Program-made: the position numbers and the translations under genes | The notes under the pieces: model-generated | What the model was told of the DNA's origin: nothing | Seen by the model: only the letters and a program-made list of their open reading frames with translations | Database searches by the model: none | Shown here: positions 18,345 through 28,138 of the stretch, one piece after another | How positions within the stretch are numbered: the stretch's first letter is position 1 | Layout: every line of letters begins with the position of its first letter | Assembly (NCBI GenBank): GCA_903825355.1 | Contig: CAIKAH010000055.1 | Span: 1,353-65,352, forward strand | Direction: 5' to 3' | Source of the DNA: an uncultured bacterium | GTDB lineage: Bacteria > Babelota > Babeliae > Babelales > RVW-14 | DNA length: 64,000 nt

Positions 18345-20954
18345 ATGGATTCATTTCAAATACGTCAGAAGTACTTAGATTTTTTTGCTCGCAATGGCCA
18401 TACCGTTGTTGCCAGCTCATCCCTCATTCCAGCCGAAGATCCAACTCTTTTATTCGCAAATGCGGGCATGAATCAATTTAAAGATTGTTTTCTGGGTAAA
18501 GAAAAACGTTCATATACCCGAGCCACTTCTTCTCAAAAGTGCGTACGTGCCGGTGGCAAACACAACGACTTGGACAATGTAGGATTTACCGAGCGTCATT
18601 TGACGTTTTTTGAAATGCTTGGAAACTTTTCATTTGGTGATTATTTCAAAGAAGATGCTATTAGATTTGCCTGGGAGTTTTTAACTACCGAGTTACAACT
18701 ACCAAAAAATGATCTCTATGTTTCAGTGTTTCGGGACGACCAAGAAGCCTATGATATTTGGAATAAACAAATTGGCATTCCTGAGGAACGCTTAGTCCGC
18801 CTTGGCGAAAAAGATAATTTCTGGCAGATGGGCGATACCGGACCATGTGGACCATGTACCGAAATTTATGTCGATCGTGGCGTCAATCGTGGCTGCAAAG
18901 AAGCTAATTGTGCTCCTGGTTGTGATTGTTCACGCTTTACTGAAATCTGGAACCTGGTGTTCATGCAGTTTGACCGACAACAAAATGGCAGCCTCCTACC
19001 ACTAGCAGCAACAGGGGTAGACACCGGCATGGGCCTTGAGCGTCTCTGCATGGTACTGCAAGGTAAAGATAACGTGTACGGCACCGATATGATGCAACAT
19101 TTGATTAAACGCATTGAAGCATTAAGCGGCATTACCTACGCAACAGCCGATAGCAATACGCAAGCAGCATTCAATGTACTCACTGATCACGTTCGATCAA
19201 GCTCATTGATTATTGCTGATGGCTGCACACCAGCAAATGAAGGACGCGGCTATGTGCTGCGAAAAATTATTCGTCGAGCTGCCTTGTTTGCACAAAAGCT
19301 CTCTCCTGACTTGAACCTTTTTGTCGAACTTGCTGATACGTTTATTGATCAGTTTGGCTCTCTCTACCCGGAGCTTGTTGCTAGCCGTGTTCTAATCAAA
19401 AAATTATTATTAGGCGAAATTGAACGCTTCAATAACAATTTGATTCAAGGCCAACACATTCTTGAACGCTACCTTGAAGAAAATGCGAAGGCAAAACGCA
19501 CCCATCTTACCGGTGAGCAAATTTTCAAGCTTTATGATACCTACGGCTTTCCTCCTGAGCTGACGCGGGTATTGGCTCATGAAAACAATCTGACGCTAGA
19601 TATGCCAGGCTTTGAAGAAGAGATGAAAAAACAACAAGCTCAGTCTGGTAAAAAACAGAAGCAAACAGAGCAACTTCTGCTGGTTGCTGATAATGTTACA
19701 ACTACTTTTGTAGGCTATGAAAAAACGAATATTGAAAGCAAAGTTATTTTTGTCCATGATGAAGGCGACACACTCTGGCTTATTACCGAAGAATCACCCT
19801 TTTATGTAGAGTCAGGCGGACAAGTAAACGATGCTGGTACTGTCACCGTGAATGGAGCAACCTACCCGGTTCTTGATCTCAAAAAAGTTGGTGACCTTCA
19901 CCACCCTGCTATTGCAGTAAAAGTATCTGTAGCAAAGCGTACAGGCAACGCAACAGAGCCAATTACAGTTGGCAGCCAAGCACATTGCTGGGTTGACCCC
20001 GTTATACGTACAAATACAGTTAAAAATCACACCGCAACACATATGCTGCAAGCTGCACTTATGAAAATACTTGGGACTTCAATTAAACAAGCAGGCTCTC
20101 TGGTGTGTAGCGAATATTTACGCTTTGATTTTAATCATCACGAAGCACTAAGCAAAGAGCAAGTTGATATTATTGAAACGATGATCAATGATAAGATTCG
20201 TGAAGATATCCGTACTTGCATTTCTAACACCACCCTTGATGATGCAAAAAGCAAAGGAGTAATTTCATTTTTTGGTGAAAAATATAATCCAGAAAATGTT
20301 CGCGTTGTACAAATTCCGGGCTTTTCAGCTGAACTGTGCGGCGGCACCCACGTAGAAAGCACTGGAACAATTGGATGCTTCAAAATAACGAGTGATACGG
20401 CTCTTTCAAGCGGAACTCGTCGAATTGTAGCAATCACAGGCCCTGAGGCATTAAAACTATACCAGCAAACATTTAGTACAACCAAAAAGCTTGCTGAACA
20501 ATTTAAAGTTAAACAAGATGAGGTAGTAGCTGCAGTCCAAAAATTACAGGATGATTTTCACAAACTACAGACTACCTTGAAAACACTTAAAAAAGAGCTC
20601 ATTAAAGCACAATTACCAAACTGGCAACAAACAATTTCCCTTGTAGGAAAAGTGCCTTTCTTGTATCTTGCTGTTGATAATGCCACAATCGATGAGTTGC
20701 GGTTAATCGCTCAAGAGCTTGAAAAAACCAGCCCGGGTCTTTATCTTCTACTCAGCTCTAATAATGAGGAGCGCTGCAACTTCTTGGCTTATGCGGCTAA
20801 AGGCATTGAACAACAGGTTTCGCTCCGAGAACTTGGGGAACTCTTGAAACAGCATGATCTACGCGGTGGCGGAAACGCTACAGCAATTCAAGGAGGTGGA
20901 ACTACTATTCCAGCTAATCTTGAAAGCATATTAAGGCAGTGGTTACAGAAATAA
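18345..20954 (+). CDS. alaS: alanyl-tRNA synthetase
   Basis: The ORF track starts at TTG 18228. AlaRS homology starts at MDSFQIRQKYLDFF (ATG 18345). FANAGMNQFK, the editing-domain HTATHML ... CGGTH, and a C-terminal DHHA1-like region are present. Confidence 0.95.
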   Translation: MDSFQIRQKYLDFFARNGHTVVASSSLIPAEDPTLLFANAGMNQFKDCFLGKEKRSYTRATSSQKCVRAGGKHNDLDNVGFTERHLTFFEMLGNFSFGDYFKEDAIRFAWEFLTTELQLPKNDLYVSVFRDDQEAYDIWNKQIGIPEERLVRLGEKDNFWQMGDTGPCGPCTEIYVDRGVNRGCKEANCAPGCDCSRFTEIWNLVFMQFDRQQNGSLLPLAATGVDTGMGLERLCMVLQGKDNVYGTDMMQHLIKRIEALSGITYATADSNTQAAFNVLTDHVRSSSLIIADGCTPANEGRGYVLRKIIRRAALFAQKLSPDLNLFVELADTFIDQFGSLYPELVASRVLIKKLLLGEIERFNNNLIQGQHILERYLEENAKAKRTHLTGEQIFKLYDTYGFPPELTRVLAHENNLTLDMPGFEEEMKKQQAQSGKKQKQTEQLLLVADNVTTTFVGYEKTNIESKVIFVHDEGDTLWLITEESPFYVESGGQVNDAGTVTVNGATYPVLDLKKVGDLHHPAIAVKVSVAKRTGNATEPITVGSQAHCWVDPVIRTNTVKNHTATHMLQAALMKILGTSIKQAGSLVCSEYLRFDFNHHEALSKEQVDIIETMINDKIREDIRTCISNTTLDDAKSKGVISFFGEKYNPENVRVVQIPGFSAELCGGTHVESTGTIGCFKITSDTALSSGTRRIVAITGPEALKLYQQTFSTTKKLAEQFKVKQDEVVAAVQKLQDDFHKLQTTLKTLKKELIKAQLPNWQQTISLVGKVPFLYLAVDNATIDELRLIAQELEKTSPGLYLLLSSNNEERCNFLAYAAKGIEQQVSLRELGELLKQHDLRGGGNATAIQGGGTTIPANLESILRQWLQK

Positions 20955-20969
20955 CGTAAAGGAGTTTAT

Positions 20970-21614
20970 ATGAATATTGTATACAAAGGGTTATTCACAC
21001 TCAGTCTCTTAAGCAGTAATTGTTTTGCAGTAGATAAACTTAGCTCACTTTCGGACCGATCATCCTGCGCTAGCAGCCAATCGCTAGCATCTATGATGGA
21101 AGATGTGCCAGGAACACCATGCTGCTTTCCGGAACCGTCGCCGGTCTGCAATGATAGCAGTACGGCTCAGACAACTGTTTATCTAGTGAATAACACGGAA
21201 TTCACAATTGATATATATGATATAACAACAGCGAAAAGAATTTATATATCACCTACTACCGAACTCACAGACGCCCAGAAATTTATCTGTTACGGAAAAG
21301 ATCCTACTGTGCAGTTAAGTTCTAATGATTATCATCTAATATACCAGCTATCGCTTGTAGGAAGCTTTGTCGTGCTTACTATCACCAATGCTACCCCATT
21401 GCAGGAAAGCATAGAATTAGAAGAAAAAGACACCGAAGATGAATCTAAAGACGGTTTATCTGAGCTACCTTCTAAAGATGAAATTTCACGCAAATTAGGC
21501 GTATCTACCCCAGCAGGAAGCTGGTCCCCACTACCAGGCTCTCCTGTCATACGAGGATGGTCTCCAGCCAGTGGAAGCACGCAAATACTCCGACGAGGCT
21601 GGTCTCCCCAATAA
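20970..21614 (+). CDS. secreted hypothetical protein with a C-terminal triple (S/G)WSP motif
   Basis: GGAG SD, signal peptide (LLSSNCFA/VD), an acidic linker. The C-terminus reads AGSWSPLPGSPVIRGWSPASGSTQILRRGWSPQ. Confidence 0.6.
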   Translation: MNIVYKGLFTLSLLSSNCFAVDKLSSLSDRSSCASSQSLASMMEDVPGTPCCFPEPSPVCNDSSTAQTTVYLVNNTEFTIDIYDITTAKRIYISPTTELTDAQKFICYGKDPTVQLSSNDYHLIYQLSLVGSFVVLTITNATPLQESIELEEKDTEDESKDGLSELPSKDEISRKLGVSTPAGSWSPLPGSPVIRGWSPASGSTQILRRGWSPQ

Positions 21615-21656
21615 AGACCTTGTAACTTGAAAAAAGTTCTTTTGATATAAAGGGTT

Positions 21657-23546
21657 GTGTTGATTCATCGTATTACTGTAAGTGTTTCCATCATCTTTGC
21701 TATTACTCTTGGTCTTGCCACCGTGCTGATAGAAAAAGATTGGGTAGATTTTGCAGCGCTTGATATTTACACTATCGCACAACCCTCTATCGTTCTTGAT
21801 GATGAGGGAGCAATCATTGCAAAATTCGAATTAGATAAACGAGCCCCCATCGCCTTTGATAAACTACCTAAAACCCTTATTCAGGCTTTTGTAGCAGCAG
21901 AAGACCATAGTTTTTTTACGCATAGTGGCATTTCTGCTCGTGGTATTGTACGCTCTGCATTTGTTAATCTTATGCATGGTAAAGTAAAACAAGGGGCAAG
22001 CACCATTACACAACAAATTGCTCGCCTGATGTTTTTGTCGTACGAACGCACTTGGTTTAGAAAAATTCAAGAAGTATTTATTGCTATACAGCTAGAACGA
22101 CAGCTCTCTAAAGAACAAATTCTAGAAATTTATCTTAATAATATCTACTTTGGTCGCGGTATTTATGGCGTAGAGGCTGCCTGTCGCCGTTTATGGAATA
22201 AGCCACTCCAAGAACTTACACTCCCTGAAGCAGCGACGCTGGCCGGTGTTGCAGCATCTGCGCGCTTATATTCGCCACTTAATGCCCCAGGAAGTGCTAC
22301 CAAACGCCGCAACCTGATTTTGCAAAGCATGCTAAAACTTAATTTCATTACGCCAGATGAATACAAAAACGCTATCGCTAGCAAAATGGCAATCAACGAT
22401 TTTGCACCAGGCAATCCTATTCGTATGTACACCCAAGAATGGATTAGACAATGGGCAGAACAGACGTTTGGTAAAGATGTCCTCTACCAAAAAGGCCTAA
22501 AAATTAAAACTACCATCAACACACCTACACAAGAACATGCAGAACAAGCATTTAGCGATGTCGTCCATAAATTACGCATTAGATTAGGCGATAAATTAAA
22601 TGGCGGGCTCATTAGCCTTGAGCCAAGCACTGGCAAAATTAAAGCAATGATTGGGGGCTATGATTTTAGACAGTCTCAATACAACCGAGCCATGCAGGCT
22701 GAACGCCAAATCGGTTCAACATTCAAGCCTATTCTCTACTCTCTTGCCATGCGAGCCGGTATTGATATGGACAGTGTTTTTATTGATGAACCCATCGAAA
22801 TGCAAATGCCTAATGGCAGCATATGGCGCCCCATGAACTGGGATCATAAATTTAATGGCCCCATGACACTAGCACGTGCCATTACCAAATCAGTTAATAC
22901 CATTTCCATTAAATTATTCTTAAAAATTAGTGGTTCTTATGTTGCACCGTGGAGTCGCCAATTTGGTATTACTCGTCATTTAACCGAATACCCATCTGCT
23001 GCACTTGGTACAGCTGAGGCAACAGTAGAAAAAAATGCTGCAGCATTCAACGTTTTTGCTAATAATGGCATATATGTTAAACCCTACCTCGTTGAGTGGG
23101 TAAAAGACGAGCATGGGAATAAAATTTTCGAAAGCGCCATAAGCAGAAAACGCATTCTTGATGCACGCCTATGCAGCCGTATGGTAAACCTTCTAGAACT
23201 ACGAATGCTAAGCGCACAACGTCAATATGGTAAAAATTGGCTTTCATCTCAATCTATTGGTAAAACGGGATCTACTAATGGCGCTAGCACTACCTGGTTT
23301 GTGGGGGCTACTCCTACACTTACCACCGCCCTTTATATTGGCTGTGATGATAATACCCCGATGGGCAGCAGCCTACTAGCAAGCACTACTGCTTTTCCAA
23401 TTTGGCACCGTTTCTATAAACAACTGCCAGCAACAAGAAAGCATTTTTACAAAGACCCTTCCCTTAACGAGTACTACGTTAATTGGATCACCGGAGAACC
23501 TGCAGCAAATAAATATGAAGCTGATGTAATTACCTTGCTTCGCTAA
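21657..23546 (+). CDS. mrcA: class A penicillin-binding protein (glycosyltransferase + transpeptidase)
   Basis: GT51 motifs EDHSFFTHSGIS, GASTITQQ, RKIQE. Transpeptidase motifs STFKP (SxxK), SVN (SxN), KTGST (KTG). N-terminal TM anchor, GTG start. Confidence 0.9.
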   Translation: MLIHRITVSVSIIFAITLGLATVLIEKDWVDFAALDIYTIAQPSIVLDDEGAIIAKFELDKRAPIAFDKLPKTLIQAFVAAEDHSFFTHSGISARGIVRSAFVNLMHGKVKQGASTITQQIARLMFLSYERTWFRKIQEVFIAIQLERQLSKEQILEIYLNNIYFGRGIYGVEAACRRLWNKPLQELTLPEAATLAGVAASARLYSPLNAPGSATKRRNLILQSMLKLNFITPDEYKNAIASKMAINDFAPGNPIRMYTQEWIRQWAEQTFGKDVLYQKGLKIKTTINTPTQEHAEQAFSDVVHKLRIRLGDKLNGGLISLEPSTGKIKAMIGGYDFRQSQYNRAMQAERQIGSTFKPILYSLAMRAGIDMDSVFIDEPIEMQMPNGSIWRPMNWDHKFNGPMTLARAITKSVNTISIKLFLKISGSYVAPWSRQFGITRHLTEYPSAALGTAEATVEKNAAAFNVFANNGIYVKPYLVEWVKDEHGNKIFESAISRKRILDARLCSRMVNLLELRMLSAQRQYGKNWLSSQSIGKTGSTNGASTTWFVGATPTLTTALYIGCDDNTPMGSSLLASTTAFPIWHRFYKQLPATRKHFYKDPSLNEYYVNWITGEPAANKYEADVITLLR

Positions 23547-23628
23547 CGACTAGCCTTTTCATTTTTTGTATTCCAGGTATGGTTGATATTACAATCTTTT
23601 TTGTTCAACCATCACCTAAGAGGTCTGT

Positions 23629-25371
23629 ATGTTTGTTGTGCCGCTTTTCACTCAACTACTTACCAAACGTGATAAACGCGAACTCGCCCTACTCCTCCTT
23701 GCCTCCATGCTAGTTTCGCTTATCGAGACTATTGGGGTGTCAGCACTTATGATCTTTGTCAGCATCTCAACTAATCTAACTATCATTCAAAACAACGCGT
23801 ATTTCAGGTATTGGTTTCGCGTATTAGCATTTAAAGAGCCTAGTAGTTTTGTTATCTGTTTTGGTTTTTTACTCATTATTTTTTATTTTCTCCGCGCACT
23901 CATTAACGTAGCACACATTTATTATCTCAATCGGTTTGCACAAATGCGGCAATACGATTTTGCGAGCAAAGCATTTGCCCATTTTCTCAAATTGCCTTTT
24001 GGCGACTTCGCGCTCAAAAACAACGCTACAGTTGCCCATTTAATCAATACAACCTCGATGCAGATTACGCACGTTATAAGTGGAATACTAGCCATCTTAG
24101 CTGAGAGCTCAACTATCATTGCTATTTACGCCATGCTCTTTTATGTAAATTGGAAAATGACGTTAATCCTGACACTTTTACTATCTGTAAAAGTCTTTGT
24201 AATCATTAAAACATTTTCACACCGCATAACAGCTGCTGGTAAACAGTTACAAGGTTTTTCTCTTGCTCGTGATAAAAAGTATCAGCAAGTATTTGGCAAC
24301 TACAAATTTATAAAATTACTTAGTAACAACCAACAGCATACTGAGATATTTAATACTAATGCTCATGGATTTGCGCGTGCAAATAATATCAACATGGTCT
24401 GGCAATCACTCCCCAGATTTATTCTTGAGACAATAGGTTTTTGTATGCTAATTGGCGTTATTATGTACGTCTTATTTCGTTATAACAACGCGCATTTTGT
24501 TCTTCCTATTGTCTCTATGTATGCCCTAGCATTTTATCGGTTCTTACCTTCAATTACCAAAATTTTAACCAGCTACAACCAAATCGCATTTAATAAACAT
24601 GCTATTAAGCCTTTTCTCGCTTATCTTGAAACACGAACAGAACAACTCTCGTCAAACCCTATTGTATTCAATACGGCGATAAGCTTGGCAAATATTAATT
24701 TCAGCTATATACCGAATAAACCGATATTAAACAATGTATCTTTACACATTCAGAAAGGTGAAAAAATTGGATTTATTGGCGAAAGTGGCGCTGGGAAAAC
24801 CACATTAATAGATATTTTGGTAGGGCTACTTCCTGTAAGCAGCGGCAGTCTATTCGTCGATAATACCATCATCGACTCTGTTACCATTAAAGCTTGGCGA
24901 CAGCAAATTGGTTATATACCACAACATATTTATCTATTTGATGGAACAGTAGCAGAAAATATTATTTGCGGGCGAACTGCTGATGAAACACAAATTATAC
25001 AGGTACTCAAACAAGCCCGTCTCTACGATTTAATTATGGAAAAAGGAGGACTACAGGCCCATATTGGCGAAGCTGGTATTCAGTTGAGTGGAGGACAGCG
25101 ACAACGCCTTGCTATTGCTCGTGCGCTCTACGGCAACCCAGGGGTTTTAGTCCTTGATGAAGCAACTTCATCGCTTGATGAAGCTAATGAAGAACATATT
25201 ATGCAAGAAATCTATGACCATGCCACCGACAAAACGCTTTTTATTATTGCTCATCGCCTTAGCACCATCAGCCGGTGTGACCGTGTATTTAAAGTTGAAG
25301 ACGGAAAAGTCTTAGAAGTAAGCCTTGCCTCCGTACTACGTAACTTAGCCCCTCTCCAGCACCAAGCTTAA
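23629..25371 (+). CDS. ABC exporter, fused permease-ATPase (MsbA-like)
   Basis: Six N-terminal TM helices, Walker A GESGAGKTT, signature LSGGQRQRLAIARAL, Walker B LVLDEATSSLD. Confidence 0.88.
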   Translation: MFVVPLFTQLLTKRDKRELALLLLASMLVSLIETIGVSALMIFVSISTNLTIIQNNAYFRYWFRVLAFKEPSSFVICFGFLLIIFYFLRALINVAHIYYLNRFAQMRQYDFASKAFAHFLKLPFGDFALKNNATVAHLINTTSMQITHVISGILAILAESSTIIAIYAMLFYVNWKMTLILTLLLSVKVFVIIKTFSHRITAAGKQLQGFSLARDKKYQQVFGNYKFIKLLSNNQQHTEIFNTNAHGFARANNINMVWQSLPRFILETIGFCMLIGVIMYVLFRYNNAHFVLPIVSMYALAFYRFLPSITKILTSYNQIAFNKHAIKPFLAYLETRTEQLSSNPIVFNTAISLANINFSYIPNKPILNNVSLHIQKGEKIGFIGESGAGKTTLIDILVGLLPVSSGSLFVDNTIIDSVTIKAWRQQIGYIPQHIYLFDGTVAENIICGRTADETQIIQVLKQARLYDLIMEKGGLQAHIGEAGIQLSGGQRQRLAIARALYGNPGVLVLDEATSSLDEANEEHIMQEIYDHATDKTLFIIAHRLSTISRCDRVFKVEDGKVLEVSLASVLRNLAPLQHQA

Positions 25372-25377
25372 GTAAAA

Positions 25378-25406
25378 AGCCCCGCCAGAAACCAGCGGGG
25401 CTTTTT
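25378..25406. terminator. bidirectional rho-independent terminator between convergent genes
   Basis: AGCCCCGC (25378-25385) / GCGGGGCT (25395-25402), 9-nt loop, with an A-run upstream and a T-run downstream. Confidence 0.8.
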
Positions 25407-25433
25407 ACATTCTTTAAACACAAATCTAACGAG

Positions 25434-26603
25434 TTAAGAAGCAACTTCAGCTACAGACGCAACTGCTCGTTGCTCATCATCAAAAGCAACAAGCATTTCT
25501 TTTTCAAGAGCACTAGCTGCTCGTTTATATTCATTAGTATTAAGCTTAATTACTTCCTTCTCTTCATCGGTAAGATAAGTATTAACAGTATTAATCCATA
25601 GACGGAACAAGGTATAAACTGCTGCGGCACCCAGTGTCCATTTTGCAACAGTAACAGCTTTATCAAGGGCTGTTTGAACTGTTTCTGTATTTTTTACTTT
25701 TACATAAGCAGGCGTAAATACCTTATCTTTAGTGAAATTCCAAACAACCCCGCCAAGCCCCATAGCCGCTAATAGCATAAGTTCGTTATTTTTAAACTCT
25801 TTGTAGAGCCCTTCTACCTTAAGCAAAAATACTTCTGGTACGGTGTGAGCAATATAACCTCCTTTGCAACCAGTCTCTGCTGTATTGCGACGGAAATCAC
25901 GTTCATTGCGTAGAAATTCTTCAACTCCCGCATCAGAACGCTTGATTAACATAAAATACCTGCTCCAAAAATCAACATCTGCTTGAGATAGAGCTTCTGC
26001 AGAGAAAATTTGAAGTAATAACCATGGTTTTTCAGCTCGTGGTTGAATACCTTTGATAACAAAATAAGCTTGAAGCGCACGTAGTTGCTCTACGGTTGCC
26101 ACAGAAATAATCATCGGCATGCCAGCTACATACTCATCTTTAAAAAAGGTTCCGGTATACTCTTTTGCTTCAAGCAATCCTACCATCTGCATAGCATCTT
26201 CCAGAACAGCACTAATTGGTGCCTTCAACTTACGAAAACCATCAAATTTATGGTCAAATTGTTTTACATAATCAAAAAACGCTTGGTGGCGCAGTGGCTC
26301 CATATTAAGTAAATCATCTGCAGTTTTTACAGGCATAACTTTATTATTTAACTGCGGATAGCGCACCCCAAACTCAAAAATATAAAAGCCGCCCTTGCGA
26401 GGATCTGTAATCAAGGCTACTGGAGGAGCTCCCTTTTCAAGGGTAAAGCGCAATACTGGCTGATCACCTGCTTTAATCATCTCCTGAGCAGTAAGATGTT
26501 CCGGATTAAATACTGCATCTCTGCGCTGCGCAGCGTTTTCCTGTGCTACGACAAATGAAAATGAGGCTGCTAACAACAACCCGCTATTTCTTAGTATGTT
26601 CAT
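25434..26603 (-). CDS. secreted/membrane-associated hypothetical protein
   Basis: Signal peptide (LLLAASFSFVVAQ), two hydrophobic segments near the C-terminus. No recognised domain. Confidence 0.6.
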   Translation of the reverse strand: MNILRNSGLLLAASFSFVVAQENAAQRRDAVFNPEHLTAQEMIKAGDQPVLRFTLEKGAPPVALITDPRKGGFYIFEFGVRYPQLNNKVMPVKTADDLLNMEPLRHQAFFDYVKQFDHKFDGFRKLKAPISAVLEDAMQMVGLLEAKEYTGTFFKDEYVAGMPMIISVATVEQLRALQAYFVIKGIQPRAEKPWLLLQIFSAEALSQADVDFWSRYFMLIKRSDAGVEEFLRNERDFRRNTAETGCKGGYIAHTVPEVFLLKVEGLYKEFKNNELMLLAAMGLGGVVWNFTKDKVFTPAYVKVKNTETVQTALDKAVTVAKWTLGAAAVYTLFRLWINTVNTYLTDEEKEVIKLNTNEYKRAASALEKEMLVAFDDEQRAVASVAEVAS

Positions 26604-26819
26604 AAAACCCTCTTGTAAGTTGTATAATTACCTGCAAAGAGTATAGGGGAAAAAGATATTTTTTCATAATCAGACTTTAAAAGAATGTTTTTATTAACCC
26701 TGATTAGAAATTATTTTCTATCTGGATAATTAATACTCGGCCTCTCCTGAGAAAACAAACCCGCGCTTAAGCAAAGTAATAATATAAATCAAAATAGCCA
26801 GGAACTATCCCCTCCTCTT

Positions 26820-27461
26820 TTAATCCGTACACCTAGCAACCTTTCCTTTCCAGACAGGATTGATCCAACCCATTATCAAATCATCCTCTAGCGCACCTGT
26901 TTTACTAACTATTCTATTTTTTAATCGCCCTTCCTCGACAAAACCTACGCTGGTATACACTTTAATCGCACCTAGGTTAGAAGCCCGTACAAACAACTCC
27001 ACCCGAGCGACATCTGCATAGGCAACATCATCAAAGCATTCATCCTCAATCTTCCTTAAAAAGGTTGTCCACAATGCCGTCGCAACCCCTTTTCTAAACC
27101 AAGTAGGATGAGTAAGCGTTGTACCATCACGTAGCGTATGCCGAAGCGAATCAGGACCAGCACAAAACTTTGATACTGCGCCAATAATCATATCATCCGT
27201 ACACGCTACAAGCATTAAGCCTGATGTCAACGATTTATCAACCAGCTCAGCAACATATTCTTCTGTTATTTCTTCTGGTCGACGCGCCAAGCCTCCATCT
27301 ATGCCAGCTGTTGCTCGATACAACTCTAGCAAGCCCGCAACATCTTCTTTTACCACAGCCCGTACCACATAGGGAGATTCTGTTGCTATAGCTGTCGCAT
27401 TTATTTTCATCATTACACCTGTTAACAACATACCAATAACCACCATTTTAACCTTCATCAT
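26820..27461 (-). CDS. GNAT family N-acetyltransferase with a hydrophobic N-terminal extension
   Basis: GNAT C-terminal pattern (VELFVRASNLGAIKVYTSVGFVEEGRL). The N-terminus MMKVKMVVIGMLLTGVMMKINATAIA is signal-like. An internal start at M17/M18 (about 27413) is also possible. A 4-nt overlap couples it to the upstream Lrp gene. Confidence 0.65.
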   Translation of the reverse strand: MMKVKMVVIGMLLTGVMMKINATAIATESPYVVRAVVKEDVAGLLELYRATAGIDGGLARRPEEITEEYVAELVDKSLTSGLMLVACTDDMIIGAVSKFCAGPDSLRHTLRDGTTLTHPTWFRKGVATALWTTFLRKIEDECFDDVAYADVARVELFVRASNLGAIKVYTSVGFVEEGRLKNRIVSKTGALEDDLIMGWINPVWKGKVARCTD

Positions 27462-27928
27462 TTTAATCCTTCTTTAATAACCTCCGGAATATCTATAGCG
27501 CGTTCTTTGGGTACAGATAGCACAATAATTGTTCTTGTGCGCATAATGCCCGGGATTGATTTTATTCGTTCATTTAAAAAATAATCCAAATGTTTACTGT
27601 TCATACAGACCACTTTCAGCATGTAATCATCATCACCAGTCACATGCAAACATTCCAGCACCTCTGCTGCATTTTGCATCTGCTGGATAAATTCGGCTCT
27701 ATGCTGAGGATGCGCAAGCGTTACAAAAACCATAGCGGTCAAAGCAAAGCCTAGCTCCTGGTAATCAACCATAGCAGCATAACCCTGAATCACCTTGGCC
27801 TTTTCAAGTTTTTTGATTCGCTCCGTTATTGAGGGAATCGAAAGCTCACACTGTGCCGCAAGGTCAGTCAGCGTTGCTCGGCCATTTTTTAAAAGCTCAG
27901 ATAAAAGATTAAAATCTAATGCGTCCAT
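27458..27928 (-). CDS. Lrp/AsnC family transcriptional regulator
   Basis: LDALDFNLLSELLKNGRATLTDLAAQCELSIPSITERIKKLEKAKVIQGY (HTH_AsnC), followed by an RAM/ACT-like C-terminal domain. Confidence 0.9.
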   Translation of the reverse strand: MDALDFNLLSELLKNGRATLTDLAAQCELSIPSITERIKKLEKAKVIQGYAAMVDYQELGFALTAMVFVTLAHPQHRAEFIQQMQNAAEVLECLHVTGDDDYMLKVVCMNSKHLDYFLNERIKSIPGIMRTRTIIVLSVPKERAIDIPEVIKEGLK

Positions 27929-28087
27929 ACAAAAACTCCTTATTTTATAAACATATATTCATTGTATTTAAATATAAAATAAGTTCAAGTATTATTTTTA
28001 TATTGTATTTTAAGGCAAAATGAATTAACAATGTTAAAAATTGCTGTTTTATGCATTTCTGGCCTGTGGCCATTTTTTAAGCAGGAT

Positions 28088-28129
28088 TGCAGACTCAGGG
28101 ATGGCCTTGAAGACGGGCCTGAGTCTGCA
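28088..28129. repeat. perfect 12-bp inverted repeat with an 18-nt spacer
   Basis: TGCAGACTCAGG (28088-28099) and CCTGAGTCTGCA (28118-28129). It lies directly 3' of the truncated murJ copy (stop at 28139) and shares the CTCAGG/CCTGAG flavour of the dispersed repeat cores. Confidence 0.7.
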
Positions 28130-28138
28130 GATCTAACA

